The notes beneath the pieces are model-generated. The model did no database searches, was not told where the DNA came from, and saw only the letters and a list, made by a program, of their open reading frames with translations. The position numbers and the translations under genes are program-made. Below, piece by piece: positions 12,692 through 25,739 of a DNA stretch of 64,000 nt (positions are counted from its first letter, which is position 1; each line of letters starts with the position of its first letter). Source of the DNA: Eledone cirrhosa (lineage: Eukaryota); contig OZ024740.1 of the NCBI GenBank assembly GCA_964016885.1, forward strand, positions 320,974,001 through 321,038,000, read 5' to 3'.

Positions 12692-12854
12692 GCCATTTAC
12701 AGATGTATCTCACACACTACCTACATACGTTTCCAATCAGTTCAGTCAGTTTCAGACATTACCTAATCAACGCAGCACTCGTAAACGTCCTCCTCCAATG
12801 TGCCAGAGAGAGCGTTCAACATCAGCTCCAAATGTCTGCTGTAATCTAGTCAAT
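12692..12854 (+). CDS. BRAF: Raf exon containing the CR2 14-3-3 site
   Basis: Encodes RERSTSAPNV (B-Raf S365/C-Raf S259 motif); donor GTAAGT at 12855. Best phase-2 acceptor is cttctttctag, starting the exon at 12692; an alternative in-frame start at 12746 makes the 5' boundary less certain. Confidence 0.85.
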
Positions 12855-13647
12855 GTAAGTTTTAATCATTATTAGCATCTTTCTTACTTGACTTTTCTCT
12901 ACATCGTTGTTTCACTAATTTAAAAAAAAATTTGAATAGTGTTACTACCTTTTCTAAATCTGTACATGTTGGGAAGCTTCTAAGGTTTACATGAATTGTA
13001 ATATATAATATTTTTAAAGGTATTGGAGTGAGTGGTTTGTTTAAAAAATAGAGTGGGCAGCATCTTAAGATGGACAGAATCAAGCTGATTTCAGTTGATT
13101 AACTTCTTCCAGAACCTTCATATATCTTGTGAAACCAAAGATCTGCACTTAGAAAGTTCCTCTCTGAGGTGCAGGCCTGTTTAAGATCTTTTTGTGGGAG
13201 ACCAGCAGTCACCGATGCATGCTAATTTCTCCCCTCTTTGCCACTGATGTTATCCAAGAGAAAGGCAAGTGCCAGTACAACTTGGCATCAGTGACATTAC
13301 TAGTAAACTCTGATTGCAAAGAGCCAAAAGAGATACAAGACATCAACGTCCAACACTGAAACAATTCCATCAATTACTACTAATCTGGAACTTAGAGCAC
13401 AGAGAGTTGGAAAAATACTCCAATTTTACAAACTTACTGCTTTCTTAAATTGAACAAAATAAAGAAAAGAAGTTTCCATTTCAAATTAGTATAAAGTAAA
13501 GTTGGTTGTTGGCTATATAGTGAGCTGTGAGAAAAAGCAGTGTAACTATTTAACTATGATTTGATACAACATAATAGGTTTATTTGTTGATGGATAGCAT
13601 GTTACTCTGAGATATTATGGAATATATTTTGTGTTTTCTCTTCCTAG

Positions 13648-13714
13648 AATTCCTTTTTGACATCTGAACACGACTCGAGTAGAAAGAACTTGGACTACCA
13701 TGGGGAACATTCAA
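13648..13714 (+). CDS. BRAF: Raf hinge exon
   Basis: Acceptor ttttctcttcctag, donor GTATGT; 67 nt, phase 0-1. Exactly bridges the frame between 12854 (phase 0) and 28295 (phase 1). Encodes NSFLTSEHDSSRKNLDYHGEHS. Confidence 0.8.
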
Positions 13715-14477
13715 GTATGTCTCACTATATTTTTTCAACAAATTTACATTTTTACTAATATTTTTGCCAGTAGTATTTTTTCTTTGCTTGGTAGGTCTGG
13801 TGGAAGGGGCAGTATCCATGACCTTCACAGGACCCCCAAGAGAGGGATTGATGCCATTGTTCCAGAGATCTGACATTTTGTGGCAGGAAGGGCTGGGGAG
13901 TTTGGGGGTTGGACACAACATGGATGATGAGAGGAAGAGAAACGAGGCTGGTGTGTGGTCAAGTGGAGGTGACATGAGATCAGCAAGCTCTAAGGAGCAG
14001 TGTCCATTGAATAAACAGGTGACTGCGCAACTGGACCAGTGACTGGAGAGTATCAGTGAGTGGCACATCTGTTAGAGTAGACACCTATGATCAGTATACC
14101 TGTGGCCAGAGTGCATACCTATGGTCAGTATAATGTCTGTGGCCTGAGGACATACCTGTAGTCAGTATAATCTTATGGTCAGTTTAATGTCTATAGCCTG
14201 AGGACATATCTATGGTCAATATAATGCAATATAATTGAAAGAAAAATTGTAAGTTTGTTGGTTTATTTAAAGAAATTTCAACGAAGAAATCATCATCATC
14301 ATCAATTTATGTCAGCTCTCTATGTTGGAATGGTTTGGACAGGCCACCTAGTCTGGGTTGGACAGGTCACCACAGTCTTGGTTGGATGGGTCACCACAGT
14401 CTCAGTTGGACAGGCCACCTAGTCTGGTTTGGACTGACTGCCTCAGACTGTGATGACCCATCCAACCCATACAACAA

Positions 14478-17400
14478 AGTCATCACAATCTGAGCCAGTC
14501 AGTTTTTATGGCATGGGTTGGTGGGTCATCACAGTCTGAGCCAGTCAGTTTTTATGGCATGGGTTGGTGGGTCATCACAGTCTGAGTCGGTCAGTTTTTA
14601 TGGCATGGGTTGGATGGGTCATCAAAGTCTGAGCCAGTCAGTTTTTGTTGGATGGGTCATCACAGTCTGAGCCAGTCAGTTTTTGTTGTATGGGTTGGAT
14701 GGGTCATCACAGTCTGAGTCGGTCAGGTTTTATGGCATGGGTTGGATGGGTCATCACAGTCTGAGTCGGTCAGGTTTTATGGCATGGGTTGGATGGGTCA
14801 TCACAGTCTGAGTCGGTCAGGTTTTATGGCATGGGTTGGATGGGTCATCACAGCCTGAGCCAGTCAGTTTTTGTGGCATGGGTTGGATGGGTCATCACAG
14901 TCTGAGTCGGTCAGGTTTTATGGCATGGGTTGGATGGGTCATCACAGTCTGAGCCAGTCAGTTTTTGTGGCATGGGTTGGATGGGTCATCACAGTCTGAG
15001 CCAGTCAGTTTTTGTGGCATGGGTTGGATGGGTCATCACAGTCTGAGCCAGTCAGTTTTTGTGGCATGGGTTGGATGGGTCATCACAGTCTGAGTCGGTC
15101 AGGTTTTATGGCATGGGTTGGATGGGTCATCACAGTCTGAGCCAGTCAGTTTTTATGGCATGGGTTGGTGGGTCATCACAGTCTGAGTCGGTCAGTTTTT
15201 ATGGCATGGGTTGGATGGGTCATCACAGTCTGAGTCGGTCAGGTTTTATGGCATGGGTTGGATGGGTCATCACAGTCTGAGCCAGTCAGTTTTTGTGGCA
15301 TGGGTTGGATGGGTCATCAGTCTGAGTCGGTCAGGTTTTATGGCATGGGTTGGATGGGTCATCACAGTCTGAGTTGGTCAGGTTTTATGGCATGGGTTGG
15401 ATGGGTCATCACAGTCTGAGTCGGTCAGGTTTTATGGCATGGGTTGGATGGGTCATCACAGTCTGAGTCGGTCAGTTTTTATGGCATGGGTTGGATGGGT
15501 CATCACAGTCTGAGCCAGTCAGGTTTTATGGCATGGGTTGGATGGGTCATCACAGTCTGAGCCAGTCAGTTTTTGTGGCATGGGTTGGATGGGTCATCAC
15601 AGTCTGAGTCGGTCAGGTTTTATGGCATGGGTTGGATGGGTCATCACAGTCTGAGCCAGTCAGTTTTTATGGCATGGGTTGGTGGGTCATCACAGTCTGA
15701 GTCGGTCAGTTTTTATGGCATGGGTTGGATGGGTCATCACAGTCTGAGTCGGTCAGGTTTTATGGCATGGGTTGGATGGGTCATCACAGTCTGAGTCGGT
15801 CAGTTTTTATGGCATGGGTTGGATGGGTCATCACAGTCTGAGCCAGTCAGGTTTTATGGCATGGGTTGGATGGGTCATCACAGTCTGAGCCAGTCAGTTT
15901 TTGTGGCATGGGTTGGATGGGTCATCACAGTCTGAGTCGGTCAGGTTTTATGGCATGGGTTGGATGGGTCATCACAGTCTGAGCCAGTCAGTTTTTATGG
16001 CATGGGTTGGTGGGTCATCACAGTCTGAGTCGGTCAGTTTTTATGGCATGGGTTGGATGGGTCATCACAGTCTGAGTCGGTCAGGTTTTATGGCATGGGT
16101 TGGATGGGTCATCACAGTCTGAGCCAGTCAGTTTTTGTGGCATGGGTTGGATGGGTCATCAGTCTGAGTCGGTCAGGTTTTATGGCATGGGTTGGATGGG
16201 TCATCACAGTCTGAGTTGGTCAGGTTTTATGGCATGGGTTGGATGGGTCATCACAGTCTGAGTCGGTCAGGTTTTATGGCATGGGTTGGATGGGTCATCA
16301 CAGTCTGAGTCGGTCAGTTTTTATGGCATGGGTTGGATGGGTCATCACAGTCTGAGCCAGTCAGGTTTTATGGCATGGGTTGGATGGGTCATCACAGTCT
16401 GAGCCAGTCAGTTTTTGTGGCATGGGTTGGATGGGTCATCACAGTCTGAGTCGGTCAGGTTTTATGGCATGGGTTGGATGGGTCATCACAGTCTGAGCCA
16501 GTCAGTTTTTGTGGCATGGGTTGGATGGGTCATCACAGTCTGAGCCAGTCAGTTTTTGTGGCATGGGTTGGATGGGTCATCACAGTCTGAGTCGGTTAGG
16601 TTTTATGGCATGGGTTGGATGGGTCATCACAGTCTGAGTTGGTCAGGTTTTATGGCATGGGTTGGATGGGTCATCACAGTCTGAGTCGGTCAGGTTTTAT
16701 GGCATGGGTTGGATGGGTCATCACAGTCTGAGCCAGTCAGTTTTTGTGGCATGGGTTGGATGGGTCATCACAGTCTGAGTCGGTTAGGTTTTATGGCATG
16801 GGTTGGATGGGTCATCACAGTCTGAGTCGGTTAGGTTTTATGGCATGGGTTGGATGGGTCATCACAGTCTGAGTCGGTCAGGTTTTATGGCATGGGTTGG
16901 ATGGGTCATCACAGTCTGAGTTGGTCAGGTTTTATGGCATGGGTTGGATGGGTCATCACAGTCTGAGTCGGTCAGGTTTTATGGCATGGGTTGGATGGGT
17001 CATCACAGTCTGAGCCAGTCAGTTTTTGTGGCATGGGTTGGATGGGTCATCACAGTCTGAGTCGGTCAGGTTTTATGGCATGGGTTGGATGGGTCATCAC
17101 AGTCTGAGCCAGTCAGTTTTTGTGGCATGGGTTGGATGGGTCATCACAGTCTGAGTCGGTTAGGTTTTATGGCATGGGTTGGATGGGTCATCACAGTCTG
17201 AGCCAGTCAGTTTTTGTGGCATGGGTTGGATGGGTCATCACAGTCTGAGCCAGTCAGTTTTTGTGGCATGGGTTGGATGGGTCATCACAGTCTGAGCCAG
17301 TCAGTTTTTGTGGCATGGGTTGGATGGGTCATCACAGTCTGAGTCGGTTAGGTTTTATGGCATGGGTTGGATGGGTCATCACAGTCTGAGTTGGTCAGGT

Positions 17401-20400
17401 TTTATGGCATGGGTTGGATGGGTCATCACAGTCTGAGTCGGTCAGGTTTTATGGCATGGGTTGGATGGGTCATCACAGTCTGAGTCGGTCAGGTTTTATG
17501 GCATGGGTTGGATGGGTCATCACAGTCTGAGCCAGTCAGTTTTTGTGGCATGGGTTGGATGGGTCATCACAGTCTGAGTCGGTTAGGTTTTATGGCATGG
17601 GTTGGATGGGTCATCACAGTCTGAGTTGGTCAGGTTTTATGGCATGGGTTGGATGGGTCATCACAGTCTGAGTCGGTCAGGTTTTATGGCATGGGTTGGA
17701 TGGGTCATCACAGTCTGAGTCGGTCAGGTTTTATGGCATGGGTTGGATGGGTCATCACAGTCTGAGCCAGTCAGTTTTTGTGGCATGGGTTGGATGGGTC
17801 ATCACAGTCTGAGTCGGTTAGGTTTTATGGCATGGGTTGGATGGGTCATCACAGTCTGAGTCGGTTAGGTTTTATGGCATGGGTTGGATGGGTCATCACA
17901 GTCTGAGTCGGTCAGGTTTTATGGCATGGGTTGGATGGGTCATCACAGTCTGAGTTGGTCAGGTTTTATGGCATGGGTTGGATGGGTCATCACAGTCTGA
18001 GTCGGTCAGGTTTTATGGCATGGGTTGGATGGGTCATCACAGTCTGAGCCAGTCAGTTTTTGTGGCATGGGTTGGATGGGTCATCACAGTCTGAGTCGGT
18101 CAGGTTTTATGGCATGGGTTGGATGGGTCATCACAGTCTGAGCCAGTCAGTTTTTGTGGCATGGGTTGGATGGGTCATCACAGTCTGAGTCGGTTAGGTT
18201 TTATGGCATGGGTTGGATGGGTCATCACAGTCTGAGCCAGTCAGTTTTTGTGGCATGGGTTGGATGGGTCATCACAGTCTGAGTCGGTTAGGTTTTATGG
18301 CATGGGTTGGATGGGTCATCACAGTCTGAGCCAGTCAGTTTTTGTGGCATGGGTTGGATGGGTCATCACAGTCTGAGCCAGTCAGTTTTTGTGGCATGGG
18401 TTGGATGGGTCATCACAGTCTGAGCCAGTCAGTTTTTGTGGCATGGGTTGGATGGGTCATCACAGTCTGAGTCGGTTAGGTTTTATGGCATGGGTTGGAT
18501 GGGTCATCACAGTCTGAGTTGGTCAGGTTTTATGGCATGGGTTGGATGGGTCATCACAGTCTGAGTCGGTCAGGTTTTATGGCATGGGTTGGATGGGTCA
18601 TCACAGTCTGAGTCGGTCAGGTTTTATGGCATGGGTTGGATGGGTCATCACAGTCTGAGCCAGTCAGTTTTTGTGGCATGGGTTGGATGGGTCATCACAG
18701 TCTGAGTCGGTTAGGTTTTATGGCATGGGTTGGATGGGTCATCACAGTCTGAGCCAGTCAGTTTTTGTGGCATGGGTTGGATGGGTCATCACAGTCTGAG
18801 TCGGTTAGGTTTTATGGCATGGGTTGGATGGGTCATCACAGTCTGAGTCGGTTAGGTTTTATGGCATGGGTTGGATGGGTCATCACAGTCTGAGTCGGTT
18901 AGGTTTTATGGCATGGGTTGGATGGGTCATCACAGTCTGAGTTGGTCAGGTTTTATGGCATGGGTTGGATGGGTCATCACAGTCTGAGTCGGTTAGGTTT
19001 TATGGCATGGGTTGGATGGGTCATCACAGTCTGAGTTGGTCAGGTTTTATGGCATGGGTTGGATGGGTCATCACAGTCTGAGTCGGTCAGGTTTTATGGC
19101 ATGGGTTGGATGGGTCATCACAGTCTGAGTCGGTCAGGTTTTATGGCATGGGTTGGATGGGTCATCACAGTCTGAGCCAGTCAGTTTTTGTGGCATGGGT
19201 TGGATGGGTCATCACAGTCTGAGTCGGTTAGGTTTTATGGCATGGGTTGGATGGGTCATCACAGTCTGAGTCGGTTAGGTTTTATGGCATGGGTTGGATG
19301 GGTCATCACAGTCTGAGTCGGTCAGGTTTTATGGCATGGGTTGGATGGGTCATCACAGTCTGAGTTGGTCAGGTTTTATGGCATGGGTTGGATGGGTCAT
19401 CACAGTCTGAGTCGGTCAGGTTTTATGGCATGGGTTGGATGGGTCATCACAGTCTGAGCCAGTCAGTTTTTGTGGCATGGGTTGGATGGGTCATCACAGT
19501 CTGAGTCGGTCAGGTTTTATGGCATGGGTTGGATGGGTCATCACAGTCTGAGCCAGTCAGTTTTTGTGGCATGGGTTGGATGGGTCATCACAGTCTGAGT
19601 CGGTTAGGTTTTATGGCATGGGTTGGATGGGTCATCACAGTCTGAGTCGGTTAGGTTTTATGGCATGGGTTGGATGGGTCATCACAGTCTGAGTTGGTCA
19701 GGTTTTATGGCATGGGTTGGATGGGTCATCACAGTCTGAGTCGGTCAGGTTTTATGGCATGGGTTGGATGGGTCATCACAGTCTGAGCCAGTCAGTTTTT
19801 GTGGCATGGGTTGGATGGGTCATCACAGTCTGAGTCGGTCAGGTTTTATGGCATGGGTTGGATGGGTCATCACAGTCTGAGTCGGTCAGGTTTTATGGCA
19901 TGGGTTGGATGGGTCATCACAGTCTGAGTCGGTCAGGTTTTATGGCATGGGTTGGATGGGTCATCACAGTCTGAGCCAGTCAGTTTTTGTTGTATGGGTT
20001 GGATGGGTCATCAGTCTGAGTCGGTCAGGTTTTATGGCATGGGTTGGATGGGTCATCACAGTCTGAGCCAGTCAGTTTTTGTTGTATGGGTTGGATGGGT
20101 CATCACAGTCTGAGTCGGTCAGGTTTTATGGCATGGGTTGGATGGGTCATCACAGTCTGAGTCGGTCAGGTTTTATGGCATGGGTTGGATGGGTCATCAC
20201 AGTCTGAGCCAGTCAGTTTTTGTTGTATGGGTTGGATGGGTCATCACAGTCTGAGTCGGTCAGGTTTTATGGCATGGGTTGGATGGGTCATCACAGTCTG
20301 AGTCGGTCAGGTTTTATGGCATGGGTTGGATGGGTCATCACAGTCTGAGCCAGTCAGTTTTTGTTGTATGGGTTGGATGGGTCATCACAGTCTGAGCCAG

Positions 20401-21200
20401 TCAGTTTTTGTGGCATGGGTTGGATGGGTCATCACAGTCTGAGCCAGTCAGTTTTTGTGGCATGGGTTGGATGGGTCATCACAGTCTGAGTCGGTCAGGT
20501 TTTATGGCATGGGTTGGATGGGTCATCACAGTCTGAGTCGGTCAGGTTTTATGGCATGGGTTGGATGGGTCATCACAGTCTGAGTCGGTCAGGTTTTATG
20601 GCATGGGTTGGATGGGTCATCACAGTCTGAGTCGGTCAGTTTTTATGGCATGGGTTGGATGGGTCATCACAGTCTGAGCCGGTCAGTTTTTGTTGTATGG
20701 GTTGGATGGGTCATCACAGTCTGAGCCAGTCAGTTTTTGTGGCATGGGTTGGATGGGTCATCACAGTCTGAGTCGGTCAGGTTTTATGGCATGGGTTGGA
20801 TGGGTCATCACAGTCTGAGCCGGTCTGTTTTTGTGGCATGGGTTGGATGGGTCATCACAGTCTGAGTCGGTCAGGTTTTATGGCATGGGTTGGATGGGTC
20901 ATCACAGTCTGAGCCAGTCAGTTTTTGTGGCATGGGTTGGATGGGTCATCACAGTCTGAGCCAGTCAGTTTTTGTGGCATGGGTTGGATGGGTCATCACA
21001 GTCTGAGTCGGTCAGGTTTTATGGCATGGGTTGGATGGGTCATCACAGTCTGAGCCAGTCAGATTTTGTGGCATGGGTTGGATGGGTCATCACAGTCTGA
21101 GCCAGTCAGATTTTGTGGCATGGGTTGGATGGGTCATCACAGTCTGAGCCAGTCAGATTTTGTGGCTTGAGTTAGATGGGTCATCACACAGTCTGAGTCA
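14478..21200 (+). repeat. 47-bp minisatellite array, ~6.7 kb (~140 copies), in a Raf intron
   Basis: Unit GTCATCACAGTCTGAG(TCGG/CCAG)TCAG(G/T)TTTT(A/G)TGGCATGGGTTGGATGG; period 47 (for example 14704 to 14751). Confidence 0.98.
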
Positions 21201-21309
21201 GTTCTTATTCAGAGTTACTACCGCCAGGAACATGGTTCACTCATGTGTTCCATGGTTTTTATGACTGGATATCTTTCCTAACACCAAGCATACAGTTTAT
21301 ATTTGTAAA

Positions 21310-22114
21310 TCTATATACATAAATAGCAATTTCTATCTGTTTGTGAACCTAAAACTCAAAATCTACCAAACCGATCTTCATAAAACTTGACACGTGTGTG
21401 GGTCTCATGCCCATTTGATTTCTTACGTATATTTCATTTTAATCAAAGGGTTCCCCGGGGTCTCAAATCCTCGCTGAAAATGTTTTTCCTTCGATTTATA
21501 TGAAATTTAAACCATAGGTAAATGGCAAGATATGATGCCTATTCACAAAATTTCAGCAAATTTCAATAATATTAAGACACCCTAATGGGGGTTAAACCGC
21601 CTATAGTGAAAATTTTGCTCAATAAATGGAACAAGATTTCACGAACTCCTCTTATAGTTTTGGAGATACACCCCCATAACCATATATATTCTGAAATTAC
21701 ATTGCCCAGGGTACTTGGATAAATATATTACATTTTAATCAAAGGGTTCCTCGGGGGCACAAAACCTTCGCTGAAAATATTTTCCTTTCGATTTATATGA
21801 AATTTAAACCATAGGTAAATGACAAGATATGATGCCTATTCACAAAATTTCAGCAAATTTTAATTTTAAGACACCCTAATGGGGGTTCTATATTTTTCCT
21901 TATAACAACACTCAACTTCTCTGACAAACATTTTTTCGCCTGACCAATGCAATCAACAATATTTGTTTGTATTATTTTTTAGTAAATGAATTTGTCTTCG
22001 CTTTTGATTATCTGTCCTATATTTTGATTTCATTTTTGGTCTGAGAGGCATTGGGCATTTTAATGGGAACTGGGAATACCCCCGCTCCCGAGTATTACCG
22101 GGTACTTCAGCTAG
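21310..22114 (+). mobile_element. Non-autonomous Helitron
   Basis: 5' end A|TCTATATACATAAA; subterminal hairpin CCCGAGTATTACCGGG; 3' end CTAG|T with no TSD. Internal direct duplication ~21434-21592 and ~21731-21886. Confidence 0.8.
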
Positions 22115-24070
22115 TATTGTAATAAGGATATGATTTATTAACTCACAATATTTAATCTCATAGAATCTCATATACATGGAATTACTCCATCATTATTCTC
22201 ATTCTTTTATTGGGAAAGAAACACTGTTTTGATTCAAGTTAGTTCTTCACTTTTTCTCCTTACTATTCTTTATAAGTTCCATTTTGTAAACAATTAAATT
22301 ATTCTCCATATTACATAAAAATATTTAAACCGGCCATATCCGACCAAAATTCTCTCACCTCCAAATTGGCTGTAACCGGCCTCTCATACTGATGTTAAGG
22401 TATTGCTCTCAAAATAAAAAGTATCAAAATTTCATAGAGTTGATATTATGTGAGGTAAAGCCTTTACCAGGAAAATATAATAGTAAATATAGAGTAATGT
22501 AAATGCTAAAGAGTTAAACACCTTTACACAGTTGCTCACCCTGCTAGAAATAGCTGTCAAGTCTCTCAAATCAACACCTTATTTGAAAAAGAAAGGTTTA
22601 TTGGATAATGTAAGACTGGATACATTCATTACACCTGAGAAAAAGGTTGTATAATCATGGCTAGTATACCTTCAATCAGAACTGGCCTGTGGATCATCAT
22701 CATTGACTACTTTAATCTTAGGTGTTGCATAGTTTGAAAGTGAGTATATATATATTGCTATATAAAGCAAAGCATTAGTACAAGAAAATATTTAGCAAGT
22801 ATATTAATATAGCACATTAAAGTAAAGACGCTAGGGTGTTGGACTCACTATCATGAGGTCATGTGTTTGATTCCTGGACCATGTGGTACTTTGTATCCTT
22901 GAGCAAGATAGTTTATTTCATCCTGCTCCAGTACCACCAGAACCAGGTGCAGGTTGACCCCTGCAACAGCAGGCATCCCATTCAAGGAGGACTCTTTTCA
23001 TGATAGGACTAGGGACCCCTATCATTAAAATACCTGAGAAACCTCTTAAGAGATTCTACCTCATAGGAGGCTAACTAAACCTACATAGGTATAAGCTGTA
23101 ACAACAACAGCAACAATTAAAATGTAGGAAAGTTTTCACTATTTACTTAAGAAAATGTCTCTGTTTTATGTACATTTGTTGTAAAAGGGCAGTCATTAGG
23201 GCATTGGAAGGAACACTTTGTTGTATTCGTTCCAACACCTCTGTGTTCTGAGTTCAAATTCCCCCAATATCAATTATACCTTTCATCCTTTCAGAATAGA
23301 TAATGTATCAGTAAAGGAATGATGAATTTATGAAATTGTTAAGAGTTGGACATGATATCTTGTGGTATCTATGCTGGATCTGTGCATTCTGAGTTCAAAT
23401 TCTGCCTCTTTTGTTAGGAGTTGGTTAAACATAGATAGTATCAACAATGGAAAGACCAACAGAAACACAGCTTCCTTGATGTAATTTGCCAATATTTTTT
23501 TAGTAAAAACCAAATCTGTTTTTGAATCCATTGTGAACAGCCATTTGCTGTAAGATGGGAAACAGAATTGCAAATATTTCTTCTTAGAAGGTCATAGTAG
23601 ATTTACTTTATCGGAATTAAATATGGGGATGTTGATAAAATACTTTTTGTTGGAGTGCGGGAGGGGGGGGGGGGGGGGGGCTTTGTCTATGGCTTACACT
23701 AGACCTCCCAGGACCAGTGAGAGCAATGTATTTGATATTTGGACTGGTGGAAGGTTACTCTACCTATGGACATTTTGAAGAACTAGAAAAACCTAGGATA
23801 AGTTGAGAATTCCAAAATGATGTCCTGGTTTGGAATGATTGTGCATAGTGGTTACTATGTGTCCTGGGAGGGGAGAAGAAGGCTCTGTGTCACGATGACA
23901 TAGAATCAACTAGCTTCGAAGAGCAAAGGCCAGTGTTGTGGGGTGTTGAAGAATCATTAGTTTATGAAATCTCTTCTCATTTTCTGAAAGTTAACTTCAA
24001 ATTTGGAAGGTATTTCTCAGAGGTTTGCCCACCTTTCTTTTCTTGTTGGCATTGTTTCTATGTATTTCAG

Positions 24071-24178
24071 ATGTTGCTGCTCCAGGTACAATCCACAGCA
24101 ACAGAAGTAGTATGAGCCACAGACAAACTCTTCAGTATAAAGATAAACGCCATGCTAGCGACAGTATTACAGCTATTT
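24071..24178 (+). CDS. BRAF: Candidate alternative (cassette) Raf hinge exon
   Basis: Acceptor tgtatttcag; open, symmetrical phase 1-1, 108 nt (VAAPGTIHSNRSSMSHRQTLQYKDKRHASDSITAI); weak donor GTAAAA; non-repetitive context. Confidence 0.5.
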
Positions 24179-25739
24179 GTAAAATTTCTCCATTTTTCTC
24201 TTCGTTTATGTCAAGAGGTATACACTGCTGCATGTTTTGGAGTGGTGTGAACATTTGTGTTGCTCTTCATTCATCTAACCCCTTTACTGTGACTTTAGAA
24301 TTAAGTTGAAGCAAACTAATCCTCATCATATTTCAATCATCTAACCCCTTTACTGTGACTTTAGAATTAAGTTGAAGCAAACTAATCCTCATCATATTTC
24401 AATAAATAATTCACAGTTAAGAGTTAAGAGTTGTTTAACTAATATTACGCCTCAACCATGTGTCCACTTGATATCATCATGATATTTAATTCCATTAACT
24501 GATAACTAAAAATATTAGTCTTCATATTAACGCAGTTCTCTCTCAAACAGCTTAGCGAACATATTTATTTATTCGTTCCTTTTTTTTTTTTTTTTTTTTT
24601 TTGTGTTTTAAGCAGTTTTGATTTCTACTCCTGATCAAGTGTCATATTAGCTTGCTAGCTATGTGGTTACAATCAGCACATTCTGGTTGTGATTGCAAAT
24701 AACACACGCTAGCTGCACACTATTTCAACTCAGGAAACTTTATGCAGTCTTCCAGGTTGTTGATTCAAATACTGAATGGAAATTGTAGACTTTTTCTATA
24801 TACAGAAATTTGATATGACAGCAATATTGTGTAAAAAATGGCAATACCAATGAAATTAGATTTTTGCACATCATTTTACATCTACTTCCATATTAAGGCA
24901 GAACCACAAAAACATGAATCATTGAGTTTGAAGTGAGCTCCTCTGGTTAAATGATTTACTGTAAACCTTTACAATGATCCAACTTACTTGAAGATATAGC
25001 TGATGTGTGTAATGTATAATGATCATTTTACAGCCTCTTTCCATGCTGGCATGGTTTTGATAGGTTAGGACCATTTTTCATTTGTACATTCCATTTTCAC
25101 TGTGGTTTCAATGGTGCCTTTTGTAACCACCAACCACTTCATAGTATGCATCTTATTGTGGCGCCAGCACTAGAGAGGTTATCTTGTCCCAGCAAGATTA
25201 AAGGGTCTTCTCCCTACTGTATGTTGTCTCTTCAAATAAATAGGTTGATTGGTTTTCCACTAATTTTTGTGTTTTTTTTCTCAGCTAATCCTTACTTTGT
25301 AAATCCTTCTACTCAAGAGATGAAGATCAATTTACAACAGTTGAAAGTTTTTCAGCAATAATTGTTCTTGATTAATAATTTCACTAACCTTCAACCTGAG
25401 TGGAGTTTATTGATTTTTTTGTTTTTTTTTTGTTTTTAATTTAAATGAAAGATCAATGTTGTATAATCTCTGAATTGTTTGTTGAATTTAACTGAATTAT
25501 CATCATCATCAAGTACAAAATTTAATATGAATTCATATTAACCACATACTTGTATGCACATTGCTTTTTCTTTCTTGCTTTCTTTCTTTATATATATTTA
25601 TATATATATATATATATAAAGCTGGACAGAGCTACCCCTCTGTCCACTTTTTCTGTCTCTAAGGGTAATTTACCCAATTTTCTCAACTATTTTCTATAGT
25701 GATCGATTGTCATTAGAGTTATTCTCTGTGTATGTGACA

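Noticed and set aside
13580-14068. 162-aa minus ORF and 92-aa plus ORF
   Set aside because: No recognisable domain; overlaps a Raf exon antisense and probably decayed repeat sequence.
14478-21200. Regular repeat array that could be mistaken for CRISPR, and three identical 73-aa ORFs
   Set aside because: Head-to-tail 47-bp units with no unique spacers and no cas genes, in a eukaryotic intron; the ORFs come from repeat phase.
24579-24650. Poly-T tract with a NAGNAG acceptor (taagcag)
   Set aside because: No convincing donor and a stop follows within about 12 codons; cannot be supported as an exon without RNA data.
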